Shown: positions 1 to 10,000, counted from the stretch's first letter. The stretch: DNA of 64,000 nucleotides from Cytophagales bacterium (GCA_038236215.1 JBBSTD010000014.1:5937-69936); one strand, 5' to 3'. Made by a program: numbers and translations. Notes: generated by a model from the sequence alone, not told the origin.

Positions 1-110
1 GGGCACGTCGGGGTACCGTTGAGTGAACGCCTGCACAACGGGAGCTAGCAGAGCCACGTCGCCCATGGCCGAAAAACGCAGAAGGAGAACCTGCTTCCTG
101 ATCGTCTCCA

Positions 111-722
111 TCAGGATTTTGTTGAGGTTCCGTACAGGACCGGATTTAGGGTAGGGTCGTTGTACATCTTCATCTGTCGGTACACCTTCATGTAGCGGTC
201 ACCGTTACGAATATCCTCCATCAACTCGTCGAAGCAGCGGGCTAAATCCTGTTCCTGCTCCGTTAATGTGGCCAGTTTCTGCTGTGCTTTCTGGCGGTGT
301 TCGTCCGAAACAGCTTCCCGGTCGACCTGCTCCCGGAAGTGGTATAGTTTGAGTTGAAGAATCGACATTCGGTCGAGGAGCCAGGCCGGTGTTTCGGAGT
401 TCAAACGCGCTGCCGGTTTGGGGATGATGCCGTAAAATAAATCGACAAACCAACTGTCTATCTGCTCCACGGTGTCAGTCCGGTCCTGGTTTGACTGGTC
501 AATTCGGCGTTTGATAGCGACCAGTTCATCGGGGCGGATGACCGGACTACGAATAAGGTCTTCGAGGTGCCACTGTACCGTGTCGATCCAGTTTTTCTGG
601 TACAGCAGAAAGGCAATGCCGTTTGGAGAATACGGGTTGCGAAGGGGTGTATCCACCTGATCGGTCTGGTGATAGGCCTGAATACTCTCGCGGAAAATGT
701 CGTTGGCAAACGTAGCGTCCAT
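111..722 (-). CDS. DUF4254-like conserved Bacteroidota protein
   Basis: 203-aa ORF; WIDTVQWHLEDLIR and ETPAWLLDRMSILQLK motifs recognised; TACCTTTG -7 element upstream at 747-740. Confidence 0.75.
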   Translation of the reverse strand: MDATFANDIFRESIQAYHQTDQVDTPLRNPYSPNGIAFLLYQKNWIDTVQWHLEDLIRSPVIRPDELVAIKRRIDQSNQDRTDTVEQIDSWFVDLFYGIIPKPAARLNSETPAWLLDRMSILQLKLYHFREQVDREAVSDEHRQKAQQKLATLTEQEQDLARCFDELMEDIRNGDRYMKVYRQMKMYNDPTLNPVLYGTSTKS

Positions 723-1063
723 GGGTCGTTAATCAGCCGCAAAGGTAGCTGTTTTGGTGGAAAAAGCGGGCGGGGGCATTGTAATCCTACTGCCACTGAT
801 TACCAATCAGCCATGCGAATGACCCTGCTGGCGGGCTCTGGGCTAAACCTGTTTTTTATTATCCTCTGGGGACTGAAATAACCGGAGGAATGGAGGATAG
901 GATAGGTGAGAAATGCAAAAATAGCAGGCAGATCAGTTGAGGAGCTATAGGACTATTTTCTAGTCTTTTGTGTAACTATTATGTGAAGAGAATTAAGTGT
1001 GAATCATGGCAAGTAAGCTTCTAGCTCTTATGAAGGGTGTTTCCTGGCTTTGTTAATGTTGCA

Positions 1064-1675
1064 TCAATTAGCCGTCAATGTAACATCATCTACATAAGCT
1101 GTTCCCGTTGTCTTGGGAAGGTAAAATAGATGGACAGCGATCACATCAATATTGCCGGGATAAGCATCAAGAGTAACGCTATACTCTTTAAAATCGCTAG
1201 TGCCTGTAATCGGTATTTTCTCCGTAGATGGAAAAAATACAATTGTATTTTTAGTGCCAACCTGTTTGTAGCCAATCATTGCCAATGCAACACCCTGACC
1301 TTTTAAATCTATCGTTTTAATCTTGGCTTTTAAGATCAGCTTTGAGCCAGCGGCTATCGACGTTGGTACTACATCCTGTTCAAAAAAACAGAATGTGGTA
1401 TCGTTTTTAATCCCATCACAGTTAACCTTTAGTGAGTGTGTGCCTGAAGAAGACGCTTCTGAAGTATAGGCAGCCTTATACCCGTTAGGATTACTTGTCA
1501 GGTTATAGTAGTAGCCGAAAAGCCAGTCTCCCTGACTACGTGCAAGTGAAGGTTGCTGCTCCATATCACTATTGGTAATCAGCTGAACCGGCGGTTGTAC
1601 ATCCCCCCCTTTTTTACAAGAATTGAACAAGCTTATCAGAGCAAAAATTAGTAGTAGTACTCGAAAATTTTTCAT
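1064..1675 (-). CDS. Lipoprotein with a carbohydrate-binding-module-like jelly-roll domain
   Basis: Lipobox ...LFNSC at Cys20; ITNSDME near the N-terminus and AYVDDVTL at the C-terminus resemble CBM4/9-type folds. Confidence 0.5.
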   Translation of the reverse strand: MKNFRVLLLIFALISLFNSCKKGGDVQPPVQLITNSDMEQQPSLARSQGDWLFGYYYNLTSNPNGYKAAYTSEASSSGTHSLKVNCDGIKNDTTFCFFEQDVVPTSIAAGSKLILKAKIKTIDLKGQGVALAMIGYKQVGTKNTIVFFPSTEKIPITGTSDFKEYSVTLDAYPGNIDVIAVHLFYLPKTTGTAYVDDVTLTAN

Positions 1676-1867
1676 AGCTGGTCAATCAGAAGAGGTAGTT
1701 TATTCTATTAAAAAGAAAATTCTATTTGCTAACAAACTTTAGTAAGATGCTGATTATCAGTAGCCGCCTGAACGCGAAGTTGCTTGCCGTAATAATTCGC
1801 CCGTTTGCACAAAGAACCCCTTTTATGATTAACGGTCGCCGAAAGCTTTTAAAGCCGTCATAGCAAT

Positions 1868-2398
1868 TTAAAACAAAACCACCTGTCTACTCGCAGGTGC
1901 TCGTCCACTTACTGGCCTTAAGCTTCTATACATATCACTGTAGCCGACGATTCTTACTTCATTCAAGAGAAGGCTGTTATCCAGATACTTTTCGGGCAAA
2001 GTATTCGTGGGATTTCGTGGCTTACTATCCTCACTATAGTTGATATAGACGAAGGCAACCGGCAATATATAGCTCCCTTTGTAACGGGGAGTTAGCCGGG
2101 GCACTTGTTTCAAGCCGTTAATTAATTCATGCTCAAAGCCAAGCTTTTTTGCATACTTGGGGCTAATCTGTGGGTACAAAACGACTGCGTTTTGGATGCT
2201 TCCTGTCGAGTCAATGGAGAATTTCACATAGAATCTACCGTAAACGCTGCCTCTGATGGCCGTTACAGGGTAATGAATACCGTGGGTAAGACTAGCTGTA
2301 AAAATAGGATCTTCGTCGAGCGCATACCCCGTAACCTGCGCATTTGTTTGCAGCCCTGTCAACAGCCAGGCAATTGTTGTTAAACAAAGACTTTTCAT
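1868..2398 (-). CDS. Secreted protein with a TonB C-terminal-like domain
   Basis: Signal peptide; YPVTAIRGSVYGRFYVKFSIDSTGSI resembles TonB_C. Confidence 0.55.
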   Translation of the reverse strand: MKSLCLTTIAWLLTGLQTNAQVTGYALDEDPIFTASLTHGIHYPVTAIRGSVYGRFYVKFSIDSTGSIQNAVVLYPQISPKYAKKLGFEHELINGLKQVPRLTPRYKGSYILPVAFVYINYSEDSKPRNPTNTLPEKYLDNSLLLNEVRIVGYSDMYRSLRPVSGRAPASRQVVLF

Positions 2399-2603
2399 GA
2401 CAAAGGGATTTGCGTATTTCTATTACCAAAATTAACCAAAATTACCTTCTAAAATACAGCGTAAAAAAACTGTAATCTCCTGCTACTCCGCCAGGTAATT
2501 ACCCATGCCCACCACGACCGTGGAGAAAACGATGAGGGCAATACCGGTGGTGATGGTGCATGATGACCTGCCCGGACGTGGTGCTAATGAGTTTATTTTC
2601 TGC

Positions 2604-3656
2604 TCAAAGAGAATTACCGATCCCTACCAGGACGATTGAAATAAGAATCACGATAATGCCGGTGACGAAGGTACGGAAGGTAGCGGCCGACACCCCCGAC
2701 CACTCTTTCAGATACAAACCCCACATATTGGCGGTCAGAATGATGGTGGCCATGTGCGTAATCCAGGAACTGGCGCCATTACCCAGTTTACTTTCACCCA
2801 TCCCGTAGAAGAAAAACTGGAGAAACCACATGGTACCAGCGGCTGCCGAAAGAAGAACATTAGCCAGAATAGGCGTCCGGGTATCGGTGTAATTGCCGAA
2901 GGTTTTATTTTTGGCGTTTAAGTACATGCACCACAAAAAATTGGTGGTCAGGCCGCCCCATAGTAGTACCACGTAGGTTACGTTATTCTGAAACAGGGGA
3001 TTGCACCCTTGCACAACCGCCTGACCTGCCAGGGGTTTGCCCGCTTCGATTCCATAGTTGAAGAAGGCACTCAGGATACCAGAGATCACGGCAATTGTCA
3101 GGCCCTTCACGAGGCTGAACTCTTTGACAGACGCTTTCTTCTCGGCTTCCGTAAGTTCAGCTTCCTTCATCATACCGGCTTTGCCCGAGATTGCAATTCC
3201 GATGAGGCAAACCAGTACGCCCAGCAACACTAACTGCCCCCCGGCTGAACCCAGCATATCGGTAAACGAGACTTTCCCTTCAACGGGGTTGACATTGTAA
3301 TAGATGGAAGGTACCAGTGCGCCGAAAGCCGAACTGAACCCTAATACAACTGAATTGCCCAGCGACATGCCCAGATAGCGAACGCCAAGGCCATACGTTA
3401 GCCCACCGATGCCCCATAGCAAACCAAACACAAACGTGAGCATCTTAACATTCATATCCGCCGAGGCAATGATGGCTGCAAAATCGGGGATGGTTAAGTA
3501 GGCGGCTAAGGGGGGGAGAATAAGCCAGGAAAAAATGCCCCCAACAATCCAGAAGCTTTCCCAGGCCCAGCCTTTCACTTTATTGAAGGGCATGTAAAAG
3601 CTGCCCGAAAAACCGCCACCAATCGTGTGGTAAATGATGCCAATCAGAACTTGCAT
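2604..3656 (-). CDS. rhaT: L-rhamnose/proton symporter
   Basis: 350-aa multi-TM ORF; GSFYMPFNKVKGWAWESFW and LWGIGGLTYGLGVRYLG motifs; sits in the rha locus. Confidence 0.9.
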   Translation of the reverse strand: MQVLIGIIYHTIGGGFSGSFYMPFNKVKGWAWESFWIVGGIFSWLILPPLAAYLTIPDFAAIIASADMNVKMLTFVFGLLWGIGGLTYGLGVRYLGMSLGNSVVLGFSSAFGALVPSIYYNVNPVEGKVSFTDMLGSAGGQLVLLGVLVCLIGIAISGKAGMMKEAELTEAEKKASVKEFSLVKGLTIAVISGILSAFFNYGIEAGKPLAGQAVVQGCNPLFQNNVTYVVLLWGGLTTNFLWCMYLNAKNKTFGNYTDTRTPILANVLLSAAAGTMWFLQFFFYGMGESKLGNGASSWITHMATIILTANMWGLYLKEWSGVSAATFRTFVTGIIVILISIVLVGIGNSL

Positions 3657-3915
3657 AAAGAAATCAATTACAATACTGTTTTAAAACATTGGTAGTCGTT
3701 ACGACTTGTAGTTAGACGTTGCCATATTTTATCCGACTCAATGCTGAATTTTTGTCGTTAGTGAGGCTCCTGGAAGCTGTTTGATTTAGAAAAAACACGT
3801 TTGATAGTCCGTCGAATATGAGAAATCCAGCTGAAACGGCGGGCTGGAAGAAGTGTCCGGTCATGGTTTCATGCTGAATGTCCGGTGCGCCGGTCTCGCA
3901 AAGCATAAACCGTTT

Positions 3916-4139
3916 CTAATTCCACCAAAGGGTTTCTGTGGGTGCCAGCTTCAACACCTCGAGCAGGTGAGGAACGGTGAGTAAACCCAGTATCCAGGGG
4001 GCGCTAACCACGAGAACGGGCCTCCAATGAGCCAGTGACTTTCCCAGGCCCAGCCCTTCACTTTGTTGTACGGTAAGTAAAAACTGCCGGAAGCAAAACC
4101 TCCCAGCGCATGAAACAGAACACCCCGAAGTACAGCCAC
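3916..4139 (-). pseudogene. rhaT: Truncated, frameshifted second rhaT paralog (N-terminal remnant)
   Basis: GTG at 4139 gives HALGGFASGSFYLPYNKVKGWAWESHW. After a frameshift in the G5 run (3997-4001) it continues WILGLLTVPHLLEVLKLAPTETLWW, then TAG at 3918-3916. Confidence 0.8.
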
Positions 4140-4333
4140 TTTTTTAGTTTTTTTTTACAAATTTATCCTGATCAGGTTCTAAAACTTACCTGTTCTCTCC
4201 TGTAAATTCACTTGTCAGGAGTACCCGATTTTTTTGTTCGCACAACAGGAGAGTACATGAAGCAGGAGAAAACGACAGTTATGTACTTTGCTTAAAAACA
4301 AGTTATCAGACGAATACTACTTACTTCTTATCT

Positions 4334-6439
4334 ATGAACACGACACAGGCGTTCAACTACGTTAGTTACCTCTGGGATGATAAAAAAGCCGCTGAACTGG
4401 CGGGCGATGAAGTCGCGCTGTTTATTTACCGCTCCAACCTGCTTGGCGCGGACCTGCGCCTGACCAACTACGCCGGGGGAAACACCTCGGTGAAGGTGAT
4501 GGAAACCAACCCCGTTTCGGGCGAACCCGTTGAGGTAATGTGGGTGAAAGGCTCCGGTGGCGACATTGGAACGCTCACCAAAAAAGGCTGCGCTAACCTG
4601 TACGTCGAGCGGCTCCAGGCGTTGAAAAAGCGCTACCGGGGACTGGAATTTGAAGATGAAATGGTCGAACTGTTCAACCACACCCTATTCGACCCAAAAT
4701 GTGCCGCTCCGTCTATCGATACACCGTTGCATGGCCTGTTGCCGTTCAAACACATCGATCATCTACACCCCGACGCGCTGATTGCCATTGCCGCCAGTAA
4801 GGATGGGGAAGCCATCATGCACGAGATTTGGGGTGACCAGATGGCGTGGCTTCCGTGGCAGCGTCCCGGCTTCGACCTGGGTCTGAAGCTGGAAGAAACC
4901 GTCCGTGCCAATCCCAATCTGCGGGGCGTTATTCTGGGCGGGCACGGCCTGTTTACCTGGGGCGATACGTCCTACGAATCGTACATGAATACGCTGGAAG
5001 TGATCGAGCAGGCATCGGAATACCTGAACGCTAATTTCGGGAAGAAACGTCCCGTTTTTGGTGGCCCTGCCGGTCAGAGTCTGGATGTACAATCGCGCCA
5101 CAAGCAGGCAGCTGCGTTGATGCCCACCCTGCGGGGACTGGCTTCCGGCCATCGGCAGATGATCGGTCACTTTACCGACGACGAGCGGGTGCTTGAATTT
5201 GTCAACTCCAACGACCTGCCCCGGCTGGCCCGGCTGGGTACGAGTTGCCCGGACCACTTCCTGCGGACCAAAATCCGTCCGCTGGTACTTGACCCCGCCC
5301 AGCTAGCTGGAGAGGCTAGTGCCGCCTATCTTGAAAAAGCATTTGCCGATTACCGCGTCGATTATACCGCGTACTATGAGCGGAGCAAACACGCAAACAG
5401 CCCCGCCGTTCGCGATCCAAACCCAGTGGTCATGCTGCTGCCGGGTGTGGGCATGTTCACTTTCGCCAAGGATAAACAAACGGCACGGGTAGCCGCTGAG
5501 TTTTATACCAATGCCATTAACGTAATGAAGGGCGCCGAGGCTGTATCGGATTACGTTGGTTTGCCGGAGCAGGAAGCCTTCGATATCGAATACTGGTTGC
5601 TGGAAGAAGCCAAACTCCAGCGAATGCCAAAACCGAAGCCATTATCGGGTAAGATTGCTCTGATTACGGGCAGTGCGGGCGGTATCGGCAAGGCCATCGC
5701 CAAAAAATTCCTGTCTGAGGGGGCCGTTGTGGTCATCAACGACAACGATGCCGACCGGCTGGCCAGTGCCAAAGAGGAGTTTCAGAAGGAATATGGCAAA
5801 GATGCCTACGCATCGGCGTTGCTGGATGTAACGAAGGCCGACACGATTAACATGGCTTTCGATGTGGCCGCCCTATCCTTCGGTGGTGTCGATATTGCGG
5901 TGAACTGCGCGGGCTTGAGCATCTCTAAACCCATCGAAGAACACACCGAAAAAGACTGGGATTTGCTGTACGACGTGCTTGTAAAGGGTCAGTTTTTCGT
6001 GACCCAGAAAGCCGTTGAGATCATGCGGAAACAGAAACTGGGGGGTGATATATTGAACATTGTTAGTAAGAACGGGCTTGTTTCCGGACCGAACAACGCG
6101 GGCTATGGTTCGGCTAAAGCGGCACAGTTGCACCTGAGCCGCCTGAACGCGGCCGAATTGGGGAAAGATCACATCCGGGTCAACGTCGTCAATCCCGATG
6201 CCGTTATTTCGGACTCGAAAATATGGGCGGGTGCCTGGGCCGAAGGGCGGGCCAAAGCCTACGGCGTAACGGTGGCCGAACTCCCGGCTTACTACGCTAA
6301 ACGGACATTGCTAAACGAAATCATCCTGCCCGACGACATTGCCAACGCCTGTCTGGCCTTCGTAAACGGATTACTGTCCAAATCCACGGGCAACGTCCTG
6401 AACGTAGACGGTGGCGTAGCCATGGCGTTTGTACGGTAG
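4334..6439 (+). CDS. rhaD: Bifunctional rhamnulose-1-phosphate aldolase / short-chain dehydrogenase
   Basis: N-terminal class II aldolase (SIDTPLH, HLHPDA, HGLF) fused to an SDR (TGSAGGIG, YGSAK). Confidence 0.9.
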   Translation: MNTTQAFNYVSYLWDDKKAAELAGDEVALFIYRSNLLGADLRLTNYAGGNTSVKVMETNPVSGEPVEVMWVKGSGGDIGTLTKKGCANLYVERLQALKKRYRGLEFEDEMVELFNHTLFDPKCAAPSIDTPLHGLLPFKHIDHLHPDALIAIAASKDGEAIMHEIWGDQMAWLPWQRPGFDLGLKLEETVRANPNLRGVILGGHGLFTWGDTSYESYMNTLEVIEQASEYLNANFGKKRPVFGGPAGQSLDVQSRHKQAAALMPTLRGLASGHRQMIGHFTDDERVLEFVNSNDLPRLARLGTSCPDHFLRTKIRPLVLDPAQLAGEASAAYLEKAFADYRVDYTAYYERSKHANSPAVRDPNPVVMLLPGVGMFTFAKDKQTARVAAEFYTNAINVMKGAEAVSDYVGLPEQEAFDIEYWLLEEAKLQRMPKPKPLSGKIALITGSAGGIGKAIAKKFLSEGAVVVINDNDADRLASAKEEFQKEYGKDAYASALLDVTKADTINMAFDVAALSFGGVDIAVNCAGLSISKPIEEHTEKDWDLLYDVLVKGQFFVTQKAVEIMRKQKLGGDILNIVSKNGLVSGPNNAGYGSAKAAQLHLSRLNAAELGKDHIRVNVVNPDAVISDSKIWAGAWAEGRAKAYGVTVAELPAYYAKRTLLNEIILPDDIANACLAFVNGLLSKSTGNVLNVDGGVAMAFVR

Positions 6440-6460
6440 AAAAAAAAGTTTTCGATCTGA

Positions 6461-6503
6461 GGTTTACCTCCGGTGCGGTTGGCTGACGCACCGGAGGTAA
6501 ACC
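6461..6503. repeat. Perfect 17-bp hairpin after rhaD
   Basis: GGTTTACCTCCGGTGCG (6461-6477), 9-nt loop, CGCACCGGAGGTAAACC (6487-6503). No U-tract, so a stabilising or REP-like hairpin rather than a clear terminator. Confidence 0.8.
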
Positions 6504-6523
6504 GTAAACCCAATCACATTGGC

Positions 6524-6594
6524 TATCAGCCCACAAATTCATTTGTGGGTTCAAACAAACCGAATACGCCTATCAATTAACCGTTTCAACGGTT
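6524..6594. repeat. Left REP-like palindrome pair flanking the transposase
   Basis: TATCAG-CCCACAAAT-TC-ATTTGTGGG (6524-6549) and AACCGTT-TC-AACGGTT (6579-6594). Confidence 0.85.
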
Positions 6595-6595
6595 T

Positions 6596-7036
6596 TCATA
6601 CGTCGTCATCCGGGAGACCATAATGACTCATAAATCGGCGGTATTCGTCCGTAAACGTAACGGTACGGTGATGCTCTTCCTGATTTGAAATGTATGCCCG
6701 GACTCGCTGAACGTGTGATTCGCTGACGGAAAAGGCCCCGTAACCTGTTTGCCAGGAAAAAAGAGTTGGTGATAATGTAAGCTGGTTGAACGCATGGGAA
6801 CTACTTCCTTTCATCTGTTTCATCACATCCGCTATTAATTTTTTAGGGTTGAGAAGAAACAGGATATGGACGTGGTCCGCAACACCACCGATGCTGTCAA
6901 CGAAGCAGTCCATCGACGCAAGTTGGTTTCGCAATTCATCGTGTACACGGGGCCGTATAGCCTGATTAATTATCGGTTCCCGGTTTTTAGTAGCGAAGAC
7001 GACGTGGACCCAGACTTTCGATTTTGAATGACTCAT
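6596..7036 (-). mobile_element. tnpA: HUH/Y1 (IS200/IS605 TnpA superfamily) transposase, RAYT-like
   Basis: HVVFATKNR, HUH motif DHVHIL, WQTGYGAFSVS, catalytic Tyr in AYISNQEEHH; no tnpB; flanked by palindromes. Confidence 0.85.
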
Positions 7037-7057
7037 AGTGCCTGGTTGAATGGATGA

Positions 7058-7128
7058 AAACCGTTAAAACGGTTTGACAGATTAGACAAATAAACCGGTA
7101 ATCCCACACATTCATGTGTGGGCTGATA
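7058..7128. repeat. Right REP-like palindrome pair (mirror of the left pair)
   Basis: AAACCGTT-AA-AACGGTTT (7058-7075) and CCCACACAT-TC-ATGTGTGGG-CTGATA (7103-7128). Confidence 0.85.
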
Positions 7129-7175
7129 AGGTAGACATATTTCCGTAAAACGGATGATAAAACCCCAGACCCCTC

Positions 7176-8450
7176 ATGAACCTCAAGCCCGATTACGTTA
7201 CCGATTATAACCAGAGTCAGCTGGAAGCACACCAGCGTAAATTATCGTACTGGACGCAGGAGGTCGCGACGGCCGAACCCATTATACGGAAGCTGGTTGA
7301 TTTTCAAATTGCCATTCCAAGTTGGGCACTGGGTACGGGCGGTACCCGTTTTGGCCGTTTTCCGGGCGGGGGAGAACCCCGCTCACTGGAAGAGAAAATG
7401 GGCGATGTTGGATTGCTCCACGCCCTGAACCGGGCCAGTGGGGCCATTTCCCTGCACATTCCGTGGGACATTCCAACCGATGCCGGAGCCATTAAACAAC
7501 TGGCCACGCACTACGGACTACGCTTCGATGCGGTGAACTCCAACACGTTTCAGGATCAGCCGGGGGCTGAACAGAGTTATAAGTTTGGTTCCCTGCAACA
7601 CACCGACCCCGCCGTACGGCAACAGGCCATCGACCACAACATCGAAGTAATCAAACACGGCGTGGCCCTGGGTTCCGATGCCCTGACGGTTTGGCTGTCC
7701 GATGGGTCGTGTTTTCCGGGTCAGCTAAATTTCCGGAAAGCCTTCGACCGTACGCTGTCGAGTCTGGAAGCGATTTATGCCGCCCTGCCGGACAACTGGA
7801 AACTGTTTGTCGAGTACAAAGCTTTCGAGCCGAACTTCTATTCGATGACCGTGGGCGACTGGGGTAGCAGTCTCCTCTACGCTAACAAACTCGGGCCAAA
7901 GGCCTATACCCTCGTGGATTTGGGCCACCACCTGCCCAACGCCAACATCGAACAGATTGTGGCCATTCTGCTCCACCAGGGCAAACTGGGTGGGTTCCAC
8001 TTCAACGATTCCAAATACGGCGACGATGACCTTACAGCGGGTAGTATCAAACCCTACCAACTGTTCCTGATTTTTACCGAACTGGTCGACGGACTGGATG
8101 CCAAAGGCATGAACCACGCCAAAGACCTCGGCTGGATGATTGACGCCAGCCACAACGTAAAAGACCCGCTCGAAGACCTGTTGCAATCGGTCGAAGCTAT
8201 CCAGCTGGCCTATGCCCAGGCGTTGCTGGTGGACCGGGAAGCGCTGGAAGAAGCCCGCGAAGCCAACGATGCCGTTCGGGCGCAGGAAATTTTGCAGGAT
8301 GCCTTCCGAACCGACGTTCGCCCGCTGGTGGCCGAAGCCCGGCGCCGGGCCGGAGGCTCGCTGAACCCACTTGCCCTGTACCGCCAGCTAAACGTCCGTC
8401 AACAACTCATCGACGAACGCGGTGCCAAAACCGTTGCTACGGGACTGTAA
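7176..8450 (+). CDS. rhaA: L-rhamnose isomerase (xylose-isomerase-like TIM barrel)
   Basis: IPSWALGTGGTRFGRF, VEYKAFEP, VDLGHH, HFNDSKYGDDDL motifs; rha context. Confidence 0.88.
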   Translation: MNLKPDYVTDYNQSQLEAHQRKLSYWTQEVATAEPIIRKLVDFQIAIPSWALGTGGTRFGRFPGGGEPRSLEEKMGDVGLLHALNRASGAISLHIPWDIPTDAGAIKQLATHYGLRFDAVNSNTFQDQPGAEQSYKFGSLQHTDPAVRQQAIDHNIEVIKHGVALGSDALTVWLSDGSCFPGQLNFRKAFDRTLSSLEAIYAALPDNWKLFVEYKAFEPNFYSMTVGDWGSSLLYANKLGPKAYTLVDLGHHLPNANIEQIVAILLHQGKLGGFHFNDSKYGDDDLTAGSIKPYQLFLIFTELVDGLDAKGMNHAKDLGWMIDASHNVKDPLEDLLQSVEAIQLAYAQALLVDREALEEAREANDAVRAQEILQDAFRTDVRPLVAEARRRAGGSLNPLALYRQLNVRQQLIDERGAKTVATGL

Positions 8451-8453
8451 ACT

Positions 8454-8586
8454 AATGAGTGAAAGAGCGAAAGAATGAAGGAGTGGCTTGCTGATGCGGA
8501 GTGGCTTGCTGATGCGGTGAATAGCCAGCAATAGAATTCTTGCCCGTAATCTTTCGCTCTTTATCTCTTTCATTCTTTCACTCATT
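8454..8586. repeat. Heptamer-repeat foldback element with an internal 18-nt tandem duplication
   Basis: GAAAGAG-type units (8454-8479) complementary to TCTTTCA-type units (8551-8586); GGAGTGGCTTGCTGATGC x2 at 8480-8515. Confidence 0.8.
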
Positions 8587-8590
8587 GACC

Positions 8591-10000
8591 ATGAATGTTA
8601 TTGCCATCTTCGATATTGGGAAGACTAACAAAAAACTATTTCTCTTCGACGAAACGTATCAGATTGTCTGGGAGAAGTCGGAGAATTTTGTGGAGATACC
8701 GGATGAAGACGGCGACTTTTGCGACGACGTTCACCAGTTGAAACGTTGGGTAGCCTCTTCGCTAACCGAGGTAATGGCGTTGCCCCAGTTTGTCGTGAAA
8801 GCGGTAAACATTTCGGCGTACGGAGCCAGTTTGGTACACATCGACCAGACCGGGCAACCTCTTACTCCGCTATACAGTTACCTCAAAGTCTTTCCGGCTC
8901 CATTGCAACGCCAGTTTTTCGACACTTACGGGACCGAAGCCGACATTACCCGGCAAACAGCTTCCCCGCTGCTGGGTAATCTGAATTCGGGTCTTCAGTT
9001 GTACCGGCTGAAATACGAACAGCCGGACGTAGTGAAAAAACTGGCTTTTTCGTTGCACCTGCCGCAGTATATCAGCTTTCTGGTAAACAACAAACCCGTT
9101 TCTGACCTCACCAGTATTGGGTGCCATACCATGCTTTGGGATTTCGACCGACAGGCGTATCATGCGTGGGTCGGGCGGGAAAAGCTGGAACGGTATCTGG
9201 CCCCGATTGCCGCATCCGATTCGGCTGTTTCTGTCGAAATAAGTGGTCATTCGGTACAGGTGGGTGTCGGACTGCACGATAGTTCGGCGGCTTTGATTCC
9301 CTATCTGGCTTCGTTTCAGGAGGAGGGCGACGCTGGCTCCTTCGTACTCATTTCGACCGGTACCTGGTGCGTGAGCATGAACCCGTTCAACAGCAATCCC
9401 CTCACGCCCGAAGAGTTACAGTACGATTGCCTGACGTTTATGCACTACAAAGGTCGGCCCGTAAAGGCGTCGCGGTTGTTTGCCGGAAATGAGCACGAAC
9501 AGCAGGTAAAACGGCTGGCCAGCCATTTTCAGGTGCGGGTGGATTCGTACAAAAAGGTAGCGTATGATTCACAATTAATAAGTCAGTTGCGTCAACGTGT
9601 GACGCAGGTGACTACGGAGCGGGAAGGGAAAGGCGACCAGCTTATTTCCATGCACGGTTCCCTTTTTCGGGACCGCGACCTAGCCACTTTTGATTCCTAC
9701 GAAGCAGCCTATCACCAGTTGATGCTGGACATTATGGCGCAACAACTCATCTCGACATCGCTGGTACTGGCCGACTCGCCCGTTCGGCGAATCTTCGTTG
9801 ACGGGGGGTTTGGCAACAATCCCATTTACATGAATCTGCTGGCTATTGCCTTTCCGGACATCGAGGTATATGCCGCATCGGTAGCGCAGGCATCGGCGCT
9901 GGGTGCTGCCCTGGCCATTCATAAGCACTGGAATGGCCAGCCGATTCCCGACAACTGCGTCGCTCTCAAAAAGTACACGGCTCCCCCGGCAGTCCACTGA
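8591..10000 (+). CDS. rhaB: Rhamnulokinase-like FGGY carbohydrate kinase
   Basis: FDIGKTNKK, GLHDSSAAL, STGTW, VDGGF motifs; ATG 8591 preferred over the ORF-track start. Confidence 0.82.
   Translation: MNVIAIFDIGKTNKKLFLFDETYQIVWEKSENFVEIPDEDGDFCDDVHQLKRWVASSLTEVMALPQFVVKAVNISAYGASLVHIDQTGQPLTPLYSYLKVFPAPLQRQFFDTYGTEADITRQTASPLLGNLNSGLQLYRLKYEQPDVVKKLAFSLHLPQYISFLVNNKPVSDLTSIGCHTMLWDFDRQAYHAWVGREKLERYLAPIAASDSAVSVEISGHSVQVGVGLHDSSAALIPYLASFQEEGDAGSFVLISTGTWCVSMNPFNSNPLTPEELQYDCLTFMHYKGRPVKASRLFAGNEHEQQVKRLASHFQVRVDSYKKVAYDSQLISQLRQRVTQVTTEREGKGDQLISMHGSLFRDRDLATFDSYEAAYHQLMLDIMAQQLISTSLVLADSPVRRIFVDGGFGNNPIYMNLLAIAFPDIEVYAASVAQASALGAALAIHKHWNGQPIPDNCVALKKYTAPPAVH

Noticed and set aside
813-881. 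22-aa hydrophobic ORF MRMTLLAGSGLNLFFIILWGLK
   Set aside because: Too short, with no clear promoter or motif; could be a gene remnant but is unsupported.
3997-4001. Phase variation of the rhaT paralog at the G5 run
   Set aside because: The run is short, and the restored frame still stops at 3918 with no remaining RhaT body.
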